Assembly (NCBI GenBank): GCA_964016885.1
Contig: OZ024741.1
Coordinates: 344,348,001-344,412,000 of the forward strand
Source: Eledone cirrhosa
Lineage: Eukaryota
Direction of reading: 5' to 3'
DNA: 64,000 bases
Translations under genes and position numbers: made by a program
The notes under the pieces: model-generated
Databases searched by the model: none
What the model saw: only the letters and a program-made list of their open reading frames with translations
Told to the model about the DNA's origin: nothing
Part shown: positions 13,049 through 26,720 of the stretch, piece after piece
Numbering within the stretch: position 1 is the stretch's first letter
Layout: each line of letters starts with the position of its first letter

Positions 13049-16000
13049 GGTGCTGGTGGTGGTGCTGGTGGTGGTGGTGGTGGTGTTGGTGGTGGTGGTG
13101 ATGGTGTTGGTGCTTGTGGTGCTGGTGATAATGCTGATGCTGTTGCTGATGATGATGGGGGTGGTGTTGGTGGAGATCTTTAAGGTGGTGGAAATGATGG
13201 CTTAGATATGACGACTTTGTTGTTGTTGCTGTTGGTCGTGCTGGTGGTGATGGTGGTGATGGTGGTGATGGTGGTGATGGGGGTGATGGTGGTGCTGGTG
13301 GTGATGGTGGTGGTGGTGGTGCTGGTGGTGATGGTGGTGATGGTGGTGGTGGTGGTGATGGTGGTGGTGGTGGTGCTGGTGGTGATGGTGGTGCTGGTGG
13401 TGATGGTGGTGGTGGTGGTGCTGGTGGTGATGGTGGTGATGGTGGTGCTGGTGGTGATGGTGGTGGTGGTGGTGCTGGTGGTGATGGTGGTGATGGTCGT
13501 GCTGGTGGTGATGGTGGTGATGGTAGTGATGGTGGTGCTGGTGGTTATGGTGGTGATGGTAGTGATGGTGGTGATGGTGGTGGTGGTGGTGGTGATGGTG
13601 ATGGTGGTGATGGTGGTGATGGTGGTGATGGTGGTGATGGTGGTGATGGTGGTGATGGTAGTGATGGTGGTGCTGGTGGTGATGGTGGTGATGGTAGTGA
13701 TGGTGGTGATGGTGGTGGTGGTGGTGGTGATGGTGATGGTGGTGATGGTGGTGATGGTAGTGATGGTGGTGCTGGTGGTGATGGTGGTGATGGTAGTGAT
13801 GGTGGTGATGGTGGTGGTGGTGGTGGTGATGGTGATGGTGGTGATGGTGGTGATGGTGGTGATGGTGGTGATGGTGGTGATGGTGGTGATGGTAGTGATG
13901 GTGGTGCTGGTGGTGATGGTGGTGATGGTAGTGATGGTGGTGATGGTGGTGGTGATGGTGGTGGTGGTGGTGATGGTGGTGGTGGTGATGGTAGTGGTGG
14001 TGATGGTAGTGATGGTGGTGGTGGTGATGGTGGTGCTGGTGGTGATGGTGGTGATGGTGGTGATGGTGGTGATGGTGGTGATGGTGGTGATGGTGGTGAT
14101 GGTGGTGATGGTCGTGATGGTCGTGCTGGTGGTGATGGTGGTGATGGTAGTGATGGTGGTGCTGGTGGTGATGGTGGTGATGGTAGTGATGGTGGTGATG
14201 GTGGTGGTGATGGTGGTGGTGGTGGTGATGGTGGTGGTGGTGATGGTAGTGGTGGTGATGGTAGTGATGGTGGTAGTGGTGATGGTGGTGCTGGTGGTGA
14301 TGGTGGTGATGGTGGTGCTGGTGGTGATGGTGGTGATGGTCGTGCTGGTGGTGATGGTGGTGCTGGTGGTGCTGGTGGTACTGGTGGTGATGGTGGTGAT
14401 GGTAGTGATGGTAGTAATGGTGGTGATGGTGTTGGTGATGGTGGTGGTGGTGTTGATGGTGGTGGTGGTGATGGTAGTGGTGGTGATGGTAGTGATGATT
14501 GTGGTGGTGATGGTGGTGGTGGTGATGGTAGTGATGGTTGTGATGGTGGTGCTGGTTGTATTGGTGGTGATGGTAGTGTTGGTGGTGCTGGTTGTATTGG
14601 TGGTGATGGTAGTGATGGTGGTGCTGGTCGTATTGGTGGTCATGGTAGTGATGGTGGTGCTGGTTGTATTGGTGGTGATGGTAGTGATGGTGGTGCTGGT
14701 TGTATTGGTGGTGATGGTAGTGATGGTGGTGCTGGTCGTATTGGTGGTCATGGTAGTGATGGTGGTGCTGGTTGTATTGGTGGTGATGGTAGTGTTGGTG
14801 GTGCTGGTTGTATTGGTGGTGATGGTAGTGATGGTGGTGCTGGTAGTATTGGTGGTCATGGTAGTGATGGTGGTGCTGGTTGTATTGGTGGTGATGGTAG
14901 TGTTGGTGGTGCTGGTTGTATTGGTGGTGATGGTAGTGATGGTGGTGCTGGTTGTATTGGTGGTGATGGTAGTGATGGTGGTGCTGGTCGTATTGGTGGT
15001 CATGGTAGTGATGGTGGTGCTGGTTGTATTGGTGGTGATGGTAGTGTTGGTGGTGCTGGTTGTATTGGTGGTGATGGTAGTGATGGTGGTGCTGGTCGTA
15101 TTGGTGGTCATGGTAGTGATGGTGGTGCTGGTTGTATTGGTGGTGATGGTAGTGTTGGTGGTGCTGGTTGTATTGGTGGTGATGGTAGTGATGGTGGTGC
15201 TGGTCGTATTGGTGGTGATGGTAGTGATGGTGGTGCTGGTTGTATTGGTGGTGATGGTAGTGATGGTGGTGCTGGTCGTATTGGTGGTCATGGTAGTGAT
15301 GGTGGTGCTGGTTGTATTGGTGGTGATGGTAGTGATGGTGGTGCTGGTTGTATTGGTGGTGATGGTAGTGATGGTGGTGCTGGTCGTATTGGTGGTCATG
15401 GTAGTGATGGTGGTGCTGGTTGTATTGGTGGTGATGGTAGTGTTGGTGGTGCTGGTTGTATTGGTGGTGATGGTAGTGATGGTGGTGCTGGTCGTATTGG
15501 TGGTCATGGTAGTGATGGTGGTGCTGGTTGTATTGGTGGTGATGGTAGTGTTGGTGGTGCTGGTTGTATTGGTGGTGATGGTAGTGATGGTGGTGCTGGT
15601 CGTATTGGTGGTGATGGTAGTGATGGTGGTGCTGGTTGTATTGGTGGTGATGGTAGTGATGGTGGTGCTGGTCGTATTGGTGGTCATGGTAGTGATGGTG
15701 GTGCTGGTCGTATTGGTGGTCATGGTAGTGATGGTGGTGCTGGTTGTATTGGTGGTGATGGTAGTGTTGGTGGTGCTGGTTGTATTGGTGGTGATGGTAG
15801 TGATGGTGGTGCTGGTCGTATTGGTGGTCATGGTAGTGATGGTGGTGCTGGTTGTATTGGTGGTGATGGTAGTGATGGTGGTGCTGGTCGTATTGGTGGT
15901 GATGGTAGTGATGGTGGTGCTGGTCGTATTTGTGGTGATGGTAGTGATGGTGGTGCTGGTTGTATTGGTGGTGATGGTTGTGATGGTGGTGCTGGTTGTA

Positions 16001-17370
16001 TTGATGGTGATAATGCTGATGCTGTTGCTGATGATGATGTGGGTGGTGTTGGTGGAGATCTTTAAGGTGGTGGAAATGATGGCTTAGATATGACGACTTT
16101 GTTGTTGTTGCTGTTGGTCGTGCTGGTGGTGATGGTGGTGATGGTGGTTATGGTGGTGCTGGTGGTGATGGTGGTGATGGTGGTGCTGGTGGTGATGGTG
16201 GTGGTGGTGGTGATGGTAGTGATGGTGGTGCTGGTTGTATTGGTGGTGATGGTAGTGATGGTGGTGCTGGTTGTATTGGCGGTGATGGTAGTGATGGTGG
16301 TGCTGGTTGTATTGGTGGTGATGGTAGTGATGGTGGTGCTGGTTGTATTGGTGGTGATGGTAGTGATGGTGGTGCTGGTTGTATTGGTGGTGATGGTAGT
16401 GATGGTGGTGCTGGTTGTATTGGTGGTGATGGTTGTGATGGTGGTGCTGGTTGTATTGGTGGTGATGGTTGTGATGGTGGTGCTGGTCGTATTGATGGTG
16501 ATGGTGTGTGATGGTGGTGCTGGTCGTATTGGTGGTGATGGTAGTGATGGTGGTGCTGGTTGTATTGGTGGTGATGGTAGTGTTGGTGGTGCTGGTTGTA
16601 TTGGTGGTGATGGTTGTGATGGTGGTGCTGGTTGTATTGGTGGTGATGGTAGTGTTGGTGGTGCTGGTTGTATTGGTGGTGATGGTAGTGTTGGTGGTGC
16701 TGGTTGTATTGGTGGTGATGGTTGTGATGGTGGTGCTGGTTGTATTGGTGGTGATGGTAGTGTTGGTGGTGCTGGTTGTATTGGTGGTGATGGTAGTGTT
16801 GGTGGTGCTGGTTTTATTGGTGGTGATGGTAGTGATGGTGGTGCTGGTTGTATTGGTGGTGATGGTAGTGATGGTGGTGCTGGTTGTATTGGTGGTGATG
16901 GTAGTGTTGGTGGTGCTGGTTGTATTGGTGGTGATGGTAGTGATGGTGGTGCTGGTTGTATTGGTGGTGATGGTAGTGTTGGTGGTGCTGGTTGTATTGG
17001 TGGTGATGGTAGTATTGTGGTTGTTGTTGATGTTGGTGGTGGTAGTGGTGGTGAGAATATTAGAGACGGTTTAATTGGTGTGAGATTTAGGTGGTGGTGG
17101 TGGTGGTGGTGGTGGTGGTGGTGGTGGTGGTAATGGTGGTGGTGTTACTGTTGGCGATAGTGATCGTGGTGATGGTGGTAGTGGTGGTGAGGCTTTTGGT
17201 GGTGGTGGTGGTGGTTTTGATGGTGGTGGTGGTGGTTGTGGTGGTGATTTTGGTGTTAGTGGTTGTAGTGTTAGTTTTGGCGATAGTGACCGTAGTGATG
17301 GTGGTAGTGATGATGGTAGAGGTTTTGGTGGTGGTGTCCGTGGTGGTATTGGCTATAGTTGTTGTGGTGT
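11750..17370. repeat. (GGT)n-derived microsatellite grading into a 36-bp minisatellite
   Basis: Near-pure GGT at 11.75-13.1 kb, GGT/GAT mix to 14.5 kb, then the 36-bp unit gatggtagtgatggtggtgctggttgtattggtggt. A ~120-bp more complex segment is duplicated at ~13124 and ~16006. Confidence 0.95.
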
Positions 17371-17693
17371 GAGACTAGCGAGGATGCATTGACAGGTGAT
17401 ACATCAGACAAGTGACAAAGTGACATTAGGTCGATCAGAGCTGCATCCATTACCATGGCAACCGTGGCTCAGGACTGATGGAATTTCGTCTTAACGTCCA
17501 TCAAACCTTTAACAAACCAACTGAGGCGTTTGTGTCTGGGTCACTGTGTGTGTTTGTTTGTGTATGTGTGTACATGTGTGTACATGTGTGTGTGTACGTG
17601 TGTTTGTGTGTGCGTGTATGTGTGTGTGTCTGTGTTGTGTGTCTGTGTTCGTGTATCTCTCTAACAATATATATGTACAACACAGTATGTGTT

Positions 17694-17759
<66 letters not shown>

Positions 17760-17984
17760 TACACACACACATAAACACTCATACAAAGACACACACACGT
17801 ATACAGATAAATATGGTAGAAACTTGCCGAGGTTAAAGCTGAAAAGGCTTGAGCTCGCGGTCGGTTCTCTACTTTATTAATATATATACATTATATATAT
17901 ATATATATACATAAGATATATATATATAATATATATGTACATAATATATATATACATAATATATATACATAATAGAGAAAGGAA

Positions 17985-18192
17985 CGATCGACTTTCGTCA
18001 AATCGGACCGAGGAAACTATGTTTCCATTGGTATTTCCACTTGCTAATACTATATATCGGTCGCAACTCCAGGTAGAAGGAGGCAACGTGCAAATAAAGT
18101 ATCTTGCTCAAGGACATAATGCATCGCCCGGTCCGGGAATCGAACTTACACCTCACGATTGCGAATCCAGTTCTCTAACCACTCAGCCACAC
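17985..18192 (-). mobile_element. tRNA-derived SINE, family B (second copy 23868-24048 on +)
   Basis: Box A tggctgagtgg, box B gttcgattcc, then tgtccttgagcaag. Both copies share the 3' segment ending gatttgacgaaagtcgatcg. Confidence 0.7.
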
Positions 18193-18845
18193 ATATATAA
18201 AGAGAGGGGAGATACACACAACACATATACAATAGTTCCTACTTCCAGCCTTATTGATAACAACATTAACTACAACCACATTACCATTATGAGTTAGTTG
18301 AGCAACAAATATGAAAGGGACATTGAACGCGGACGTTAGAGTTACTATCTATTTACTACTAAAATTCTGTGAATGTGTGTTTGTCTGTAATTTAATACAA
18401 CCAAAACGGCGCATAATGGGAAAATAATTTGAAAGAAGGAAGTTGCCCCTGAAATGGGAATACAAATGAAATAAAACAAGTTTCGCGTAAATCGGTGTAC
18501 GGGTTCCCGAGAAACTGCGTTTTTCCGGATACATTCATAAATAGAGAGAAAGAAAGAGATAGTGGTTGTGAAAGAGAAGATTGAAAGAGATATATAGAGA
18601 GAGGGGGAGAAGGAGACAGAGAAAGAAAATGGAAGAGAAAGAGAGCTGGTGGCGCTGTTGAATGAAATTATAAAAGTTAACTTCAAAGAATTGAATACAG
18701 CATCAATATATATAGCTCGAATTTAGTAACTAAATATTAAGTCATATTTATCATATAACTACTGTTAGGACAGGTTACGTGTAGCGAATATTTCCTGCTA
18801 AATAGGAAGGATTTCTAAGTTTTTGTGTATATGTGTGTGCATGTG

Positions 18846-18886
<41 letters not shown>

Positions 18887-19059
18887 CTGTGTGCTTGCGT
18901 GTGTTTGTGTTTGTATGTCTGTGTCTGTAACCAGTGTGTATAGGTCAGAGACATATATATAAATATATATATATAGTAATAATAAATTTGAAGACTAAAA
19001 TCCAAAGAGGGCTCGATAAGGATAAATATATATCGGATATATAAGAACCGTAGAGCAAA

Positions 19060-19194
19060 TATTTATTAAAATAACAGATTAAAGTTTAAGCAAAGAATCG
19101 CTGCTTTCACCCTTAACGGGATCTTCTGAGACTAAAAGATCCCGTTAAGGGTGAAAGCAGCGATTCTTTGCTTAAACTTTAATCTGTTATTTTA

Positions 19195-19203
<9 letters not shown>
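19060..19203. repeat. Near-perfect ~68-bp palindrome, family P3 (same arm at 45598-45668 and 45805-45876)
   Basis: atttattaaaataacagattaaag...cgggatctt / aagatcccg...ctttaatctgttattttaataaat. Confidence 0.9.
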
Positions 19204-19227
<24 letters not shown>

Positions 19228-19448
19228 ACAAAGGAATTGTGGTAAGGAACCAAATAGACCATAACGAACCAGAGTACTCAATACATAGAGTAGTAGAGTG
19301 GGAAATAGGAAAAAGTATGACCCCGACGGCAGAGCTTAAGCCGTTTCGACGGCTATTTCTGGACTAAATCACCAGGCTAAAAATTCTAATTTAGTCCAGA
19401 AATAGCCGTCGAAACGGCTTGAGCTCTGCCGTCGGAGCCATACTTTTT

Positions 19449-19545
<97 letters not shown>

Positions 19546-19567
19546 ACACACACATATATATATATAT

Positions 19568-20011
19568 ACGATATATTAACAAATGGAAACTATATTTATA
19601 AAACCATATTTATTTCATTATACATATTTCAAGGACACCAAGTTAAATTATGGTGTGCTTTCATCCGATAAAATATAATATAGAGCAGTTTTATAAATAA
19701 ATATTGGCATACCCTTAAAGAATGCGACCATTTCTGTTGTCTCCGGGAGCTTCCAACAGAAATGGTCGCATTCTTTAAGGGTATGTCAATATTTATTTAT
19801 AAAACTGCTCTATATTATATTTTATCTGATGAAAGCACACCATAATTTAACTTGGTGTCCTTGAAATATGTATAATGAAATAAATATGGTTTTATAAATA
19901 TAGTTTCCATTTGTTAATATATCGTATTTTTATTCCAATAATTTGTTGAGTGCTTTATGTCAGTTATAAACATATTTGCTTATTGTAGCCCAACAATTTA
20001 AATAGAACTTC

Positions 20012-20015
<4 letters not shown>
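19568..20015. mobile_element. Head-to-head inverted Penelope-like pseudo-LTR pair (arms ~172 bp, 14-bp spacer)
   Basis: 19568-19739 is the reverse complement of 19754-19926; the right arm continues to ~20015; both ends abut (TA)n. Confidence 0.8.
19819..19881 (+). ncRNA. Minimal type I hammerhead ribozyme
   Basis: attttat-CTGATGA-aagcacacca..tggtgtcctt-GAAA-tatgta-TA-atgaaat. The inverted partner (~19612-19674, minus) has a mutated CGGATGA core. Confidence 0.75.
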
Positions 20016-20049
<34 letters not shown>

Positions 20050-21390
20050 CCTTCCAATTTCGTTTTACATATACACGTCTGGGTATATTTTAATTATTTA
20101 TAAATTTTTTTAAGCGAACGCGACTTAACGAGTCACTGGTGGTCTAGTTATTATTAATATCCCCTAATCAAAGCTCATCGTGGAGTCTATTACACAACGA
20201 GAAGAAACAAAACAATTTTCTTTGGGGATTTTTAATACTATATCTCACGTTATATTTGGTCTGACAGAGAAATATGAAAAGAACCATCACACATTCACTT
20301 GACCTGCAAGAAAATGCAGCCAAATCTCCTTCAGATCATGGCTGACTTTTGGCTAAAAAAAATTAAATACTGGTTAATATAATCCTAAACCTAATAACAA
20401 TTTCTACAATAGGTTCAAGGCCAGCAATTTGAGGAGAAGGGAAAGTCGAATAAATCGACCCCGGTGCGTTACTGGTACTTTATTTTATCGACCCCGTAAG
20501 GATGAAAGACAAAGCTAACCTCGGCCGTAACTCTATGCTGCTCAGCATGGCGTCGGTATTTTATTTTTTCGTATTATATTTTATTCTTTCGTATCATAGA
20601 ATGACAGCACTTTAAGTACTGATTTCAAATCCCGCCGAGGTTAGGTTTACTATTCATTCTTCCAAGTTTGATAAAATAAAGCACCAGTGACGCACTGGGG
20701 TCGATTTAATTGCCTTACCCATGCCCCAAAATTATTGGCCTTGTGCCTAAATCAGAAACCAATTATATGTCTTCTCAGCATGGATTGAGACGGACTACAC
20801 AATAATATCAACAAGAAACCAATAAGTTACTGTTATAATTAACAATATCGCCTGGTCAATCCTTTCCTACCTAATTACAATCTTTAATAGTTAACTAGAA
20901 TGTTCAGAACACGCGATAAATTAATGAAGAAATTTGGCAAGCGTGAGAATTTGAAATCTATTTGCTTATTCTTAAATTGAGCTACCATAATGTGTATATT
21001 AACTATAAAATAGTACGACAGGCTGAAGACGGAATAAATTCTTCTAATATTGGTAGTTTCAGTGCAGAGAAATAATTAATATTGTTTTTTTTAATTCAAC
21101 AATCCGTGGTTGAGAACACTACTATATGAGTAAAACTGATTTATTTTAATGTGTCCGGCTTATATCCCCACAAATCGAGATTTTGGCTCAAGTCAAATGT
21201 ATATATATATGATATAGGAAAAGAGTCAGGACCCCGACGGCTAAACTCCGGCGTTTCGACAGCTAGATCGTGCTGTCGAAACGACCGGAGCTCAGCCGTC
21301 GGGGTCCTGACTCTTTTCCCACTCTACTTCCCTAGTATCGAGTAATCTGGTGCGTTATGGTCCACCTGGTTTCTTACCATACTTTCTTTA

Positions 21391-21423
<33 letters not shown>

Positions 21424-21488
21424 AGTTAAAACATGGATTACATCGAGTTCTTCATACAGAATAGACCCCACAACTTACAGTGGATACT

Positions 21489-21563
<75 letters not shown>

Positions 21564-21716
21564 ATAATTACATTCGTAAACCAACCCAAATCAAACAGTG
21601 AGTGAGTGTGTCCTATTATTATTTCTGGCAATATTATAACAATATGATCCTCCCCAAATATAACAATATATATATATGTATATGTATATAGAGGAGCCAG
21701 AACCAAATGGGAAAAA

Positions 21717-22379
21717 ATGGTAAATAATGACACAAATGGGACCTGCCCCTTGTATAGGAGCAAATTTTGGAATAGAATAGAAAGAACTAGGAACAAGGCT
21801 AATAGAATAAACTCATGGTATGATAGCAATAAATACCAGAGTGTAATGTTCATCGATACAACCCCTAGAGGTGAATTAGCTTACAAATTTAGAAGGGCCC
21901 TAGATAAACATAAACTCAATATTAAGATAGTAGAAAGACCAGGTACCTCCATAAAAACACTTATTAGCAAGACATACCCTTTTCAAAGACCTCCCTGTAT
22001 GGATAAGAAATGTATAATCTGTAAATTAAGCCCCCATATTAACTGTAAAACTAGAAATGTAGTATATAGCATAAGATGTACTGAAGGACAATGTAGAGAT
22101 AAAAATATAGTGTACATAGGTGAGACAGCTCGTAGTATAGGGGAACGGATAAATGAACGCTGGCGAGACCTTCAAGATAGTAAAGAATCATCTGTACTCT
22201 ACCAACATGCTAAAATAGAACATAAGGGTAAATTAAAGAACATAGAAATAAAAATAGAATCTACACACAGAAAAGACGCAATGTTTAGACAAATCACAGA
22301 GGCAATAAACATAAATGAATTACAACCAAAATTAAATAGAAAACATGAGTGGAACAGCAACATCACAACTTACAATTAA
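21717..22379 (+). CDS. 5'-truncated Penelope-like element ORF: C-terminal linker plus GIY-YIG endonuclease
   Basis: CxxxxCxxC, NVVYSIRC..C...VYIGETAR (GIY-YIG), HAKIEH, RQITEA...PKLN. Begins right after (TA)n, so the reverse transcriptase (RT) is missing. Confidence 0.85.
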   Translation: MVNNDTNGTCPLYRSKFWNRIERTRNKANRINSWYDSNKYQSVMFIDTTPRGELAYKFRRALDKHKLNIKIVERPGTSIKTLISKTYPFQRPPCMDKKCIICKLSPHINCKTRNVVYSIRCTEGQCRDKNIVYIGETARSIGERINERWRDLQDSKESSVLYQHAKIEHKGKLKNIEIKIESTHRKDAMFRQITEAININELQPKLNRKHEWNSNITTYN

Positions 22380-22580
22380 GGACAAAATGAAAACACACAC
22401 GCACATAGAACAAACAACCAACCAATAATATGTAAATAAACAAATAAATAAACGAATATGAACACACACAGACACCCGGATGTAACACATGCGCAAACTA
22501 AGCACACAACACACACACAAAACAAGATGGCGTAGGACAGAACAAAGGAGAGGCACAAAAAACAAAGAAAAGAATCCCCA

Positions 22581-22623
22581 GTCACTGAAGAGGTCACAGA
22601 ATGTGTGACGAAAGAACTTTGAC
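22581..22623 (+). ncRNA. Hammerhead ribozyme in the Penelope 3' pseudo-LTR
   Basis: gtca-CTGAAGA-g-gtcaca(gaatg)tgtgac-GAAA-gaac-TT-tgac, with one extra nucleotide before stem II; lies ~200 bp after the endonuclease stop. Confidence 0.7.
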
Positions 22624-22826
22624 AATATATAAACAACCACCTGGTAGTGGAACCAATCAACCAACCAGAAATTTATAAATTCCTAAATTTATAAATTTAT
22701 TATAAAAAATTGGAGTGATAGCATCTGGTGCGTGTGTTTCTTATTGGCAACATGACCCTCCCAAAGTATAACAATATCGGTTTCAACACACGTTTTCAGA
22801 TAAAGAATCTTGCTAAACAAATTCAG

Positions 22827-22894
<68 letters not shown>

Positions 22895-22988
22895 ATATAG
22901 CAATGGCTTCTACAGGACTAGAACTGTTTCATACTCTGCTATGTATTGAGTATCTTACTTACTGTGGTTACCTCCGATTGAATCCGGA

Positions 22989-23098
<110 letters not shown>

Positions 23099-23173
23099 GT
23101 TAGTGTCAAAATTGTCTCTATGTGTGAATATTTGTCTCTCTGTATATTTTCAGTTGTGTGTATATATATATCC

Positions 23174-23267
<94 letters not shown>

Positions 23268-23379
23268 TTTGTGTTTAGTTTATATAAAGGTGAGGTACAG
23301 TAGTTTTCATGACCTATGTATTATTTATGTGTGTATATATATTATTTATGTAGCTTATACTTTTAATTGCATACGACCT

Positions 23380-23590
23380 GCTATATTCTAATTTTTTCGC
23401 TTAAGCGAAGGAGATATCTCGTTGTTCCATTCCTATAAGGCCGTCATTTCTCCAGAATATTCGAATTAGTCGTATATGGAATCTCTTTATTCTTCAGATC
23501 TGATACACAATTTGCCACTGCCGTGTCCGTTATATTATTATCTCCCTTACATCTCATGACCTCTCATATCTGAAATGATATATAATTTAA
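23380..23590 (-). pseudogene. Decayed Penelope GIY-YIG endonuclease C-terminus
   Basis: TAVANCVSDLKNKEIPYTTNSNILEK*RPYRNGTTRYLLRLSEKIRI resembles the PLE motif T.LS..IW.LK...I.Y.I.W.IL.KA.PY....RC.LCL.EK. Confidence 0.55.
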
Positions 23591-24505
23591 TTAAATACCA
23601 ACACAAGATCAAATAATAGGCAAATTAATACATCCATTCCAGAATAACACCAAGAGCGAATGGCTATATATACCCATCATATACATGTTTCCTTGGGGTT
23701 CACTGGTGATATATACGCCTGTTGATGAGGGTCCAATTAGATTCGAAAATCAATTAAAGGTTTTTATCATATTTTCAATTTACAGGCGAATTTGTATTTT
23801 CTAAAATGTTCACATACCTACGTATTAGAAATGTGTTTATATACATAGAAAGAGAGAGAGAGAGTGAAGGCGTGTGGCTGATTGGTTACAGAACTGGATT
23901 CGCAATCGTGAGGTTGTCAGTTCCATTCCTGGACCGGGCGATGCGTTATGTCCTTGTTCCTTTTACCTGGAGTTGCAACCGATAGATAGTATTGGTAAGG
24001 CCAACGGAAACATTGTTTCCTCGGTTCGATTTGACGAAAGTCGATCGACAAATTATATTATATATATATATATATATATAAATGAGGCTGTTTGCATAAT
24101 TGCACACGAATCGAATATTATTATTAATATCCGAAAAACTGAGATTACATTTATTTATATATATATATATATAAATAATGCAAGAAAAACCACAAACCCT
24201 CCATCTCAATTCTACTTTTGAAAAGCACAAGGACTGCCAAACCGGTAAAGAAACCAAATAAATATTTTTAAAAAGACTCCAGTTGCATTTTCGATTTCAT
24301 CCATTTTCCTTATACTTTCACTCGTGTAGGACATTCTCATTTTGTAAAAATATCCTCATTTTCTAAAATATATATATGTCTGTGGAAGTCTGTTGGAGAT
24401 GCAGGATATGGCAGCGATATGGCAGCGATAATGAGGGACAGAGACCGCTGGAGAGAACTCGTCCATGGATCTCGGGAATTTTACCCGCCTTAGATAGATA
24501 GATAG

Positions 24506-24598
<93 letters not shown>

Positions 24599-24773
24599 AC
24601 AACTTTGGTTCATTCTCGACTACACACTCAGTATTTATACATATATGGGTTTATCATACACATCGTCTTCTAGCGCATTTCCTAATACGTACATGCATAT
24701 GTATAAATACATACACAGGAACGCATATATATATATATATATTATCCATAAAATTGCGTCAATATATATACAG

Positions 24774-24912
<139 letters not shown>

Positions 24913-24956
24913 TATATATATATATATATATATAATATAATATATATATATAATAT

Positions 24957-25024
<68 letters not shown>

Positions 25025-25502
25025 TATATTATATATATATATATATATATAATATAATATATATATATAAATATATACATATTCACGCAATTTTATGGAT
25101 AATCTATTCTTCAATTTGGCACGATGATCAATATCCTATAGGGCAATAGTAAGAAGTCTCTAAGCTAATTTGACTTTCATACTCTCAATGTTATATTATA
25201 TTCCTATGAGAGTGGAGATCAATTTTCCAACCCTCTGGAATAATTAGGCATGAAATTATTTTTCTATACGATATACTAATTAATATATGAGCGATGGCAT
25301 ACATACGTATGTACATATATGTGTATATATATATATGATAATATTAAGGATACTATTTATAGTTATGTATATTTTAAACTTTTTATAGTTATGTATATTT
25401 TAAACCATAAACAGGGAAGGTCAGTAATTTATTACTACCTTATTACCAGTAAGATAAATAGCTCAATGTAATAACATCAGTTGTTCTACAGAGCAGTTAC
25501 AT

Positions 25503-26419
25503 AGAATTCACAAGAATCAAAGCTATGTTCAAAGCATTTATTCACTTACAATTGTTTCATCCAAACCTAGGCTTGGCTTCTTCGGAGCATTTTTCAATGT
25601 TTGTACATATAATTGACTTCCTATCCAACGCCTGAGACATACAGATACATATATATATTGATGTAGAGTGGAGTGACATATATTATACTATACTATATTC
25701 GTACAGCAATTCAAATTTAAAATCAAAATCAAAAATTACAATTAAAATTAAAATACATGCGGCAGATAACACAGATAATGTAAGGGGATAGTTTGATAAT
25801 CAGATCTAGTAGGTAGTGTATGCGTTAGTCACACATGGAGCATGCAAGTGTGTCTCATTTATATACGATTATTGTGTGGCAAGGTGTTACATGTAACATG
25901 CGAAAACTATAACTCTCTTTTTCTTTTACTTTTTCTACACACATATTTTTTTGTTCTATACAAAAAATACCCTACCATTACAACCACCATAATACTCTTG
26001 CTTACCCGCTTATAGTGCTTGCATTACATGTAACACCTTGCCACACAATAATCGTATATAAATGAGACACACTTGCATGCTCCATGTGTGACTAACGCAT
26101 ACACTACCTACTAGATCTGATTATCAAACTATTCTCTTACATTATCTGTGTTATCTGCCGCATCTATTTTAATTTTAATTGTAATTTTTGATTTTGATTT
26201 TAAATTTGAATTGCTGTACGAATATAGTATAGTATAATATATGTCACTCCACTCTACATCAATATATATATATGTATCTGTATGTCTCAGGCGTTGGATA
26301 GGAAGTCAATTATATGTACAAACATTGAAAAATGCTCCGAAGACGCCAAGCCTAGGTTTGGATGAAACAATTGTAAGTGAATAAATGCTTTGAACATAGC
26401 TTTGATTCTTGTGAATTCT
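25503..26419. mobile_element. Large inverted repeat (~395-bp arms, ~130-bp spacer); inverted Penelope-type pseudo-LTRs with outward-facing hammerheads
   Basis: 25503-25897 is nearly the exact reverse complement of 26027-26419. Confidence 0.85.
26333..26379 (+). ncRNA. Hammerhead-like motif with variant core (mirror copy at 25543-25589, minus)
   Basis: tgct-CCGAAGA-cgccaagcc(ta)ggtttggat-GAAA-caattg-TA-agtg; palindromic stem III ACAATTGT; U4 replaced by C. Confidence 0.6.
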
Positions 26420-26483
26420 CTCTATATATATGTATATATTTGTGTGTGTGTATATATATATATATAAAACATAAATAATAAAG

Positions 26484-26562
<79 letters not shown>

Positions 26563-26720
26563 TATAAGTTGCCGTGACTAGCATTAGTTTCACTGTTATC
26601 TTAGTGTGTGTGTGTATAAGTGTGTATAAATATATATATATTTATACACACATATATATATTTATTAACACACACACACACTAAGATAGCAGTGAAACTT
26701 ATGCTAGTCCCGGCAACTTA
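26563..26720. repeat. Short inverted repeat (~55-bp arms) in (TA)n
   Basis: tataagttgccgtgactagcattagtttcactgttatcttagtgtg / cacactaagatagcagtgaaacttatgctagtcccggcaacttata. Confidence 0.8.

Noticed and set aside
13208-17133. 959-aa and 347-aa Val/Met-rich ORFs
   Set aside because: Products of the GGT-derived repeat; no domain, no splice evidence.
20118-20147. Hairpin followed by CTAG|T resembling a Helitron 3' end
   Set aside because: Short stem, no matching 5' end and no second copy in the window.
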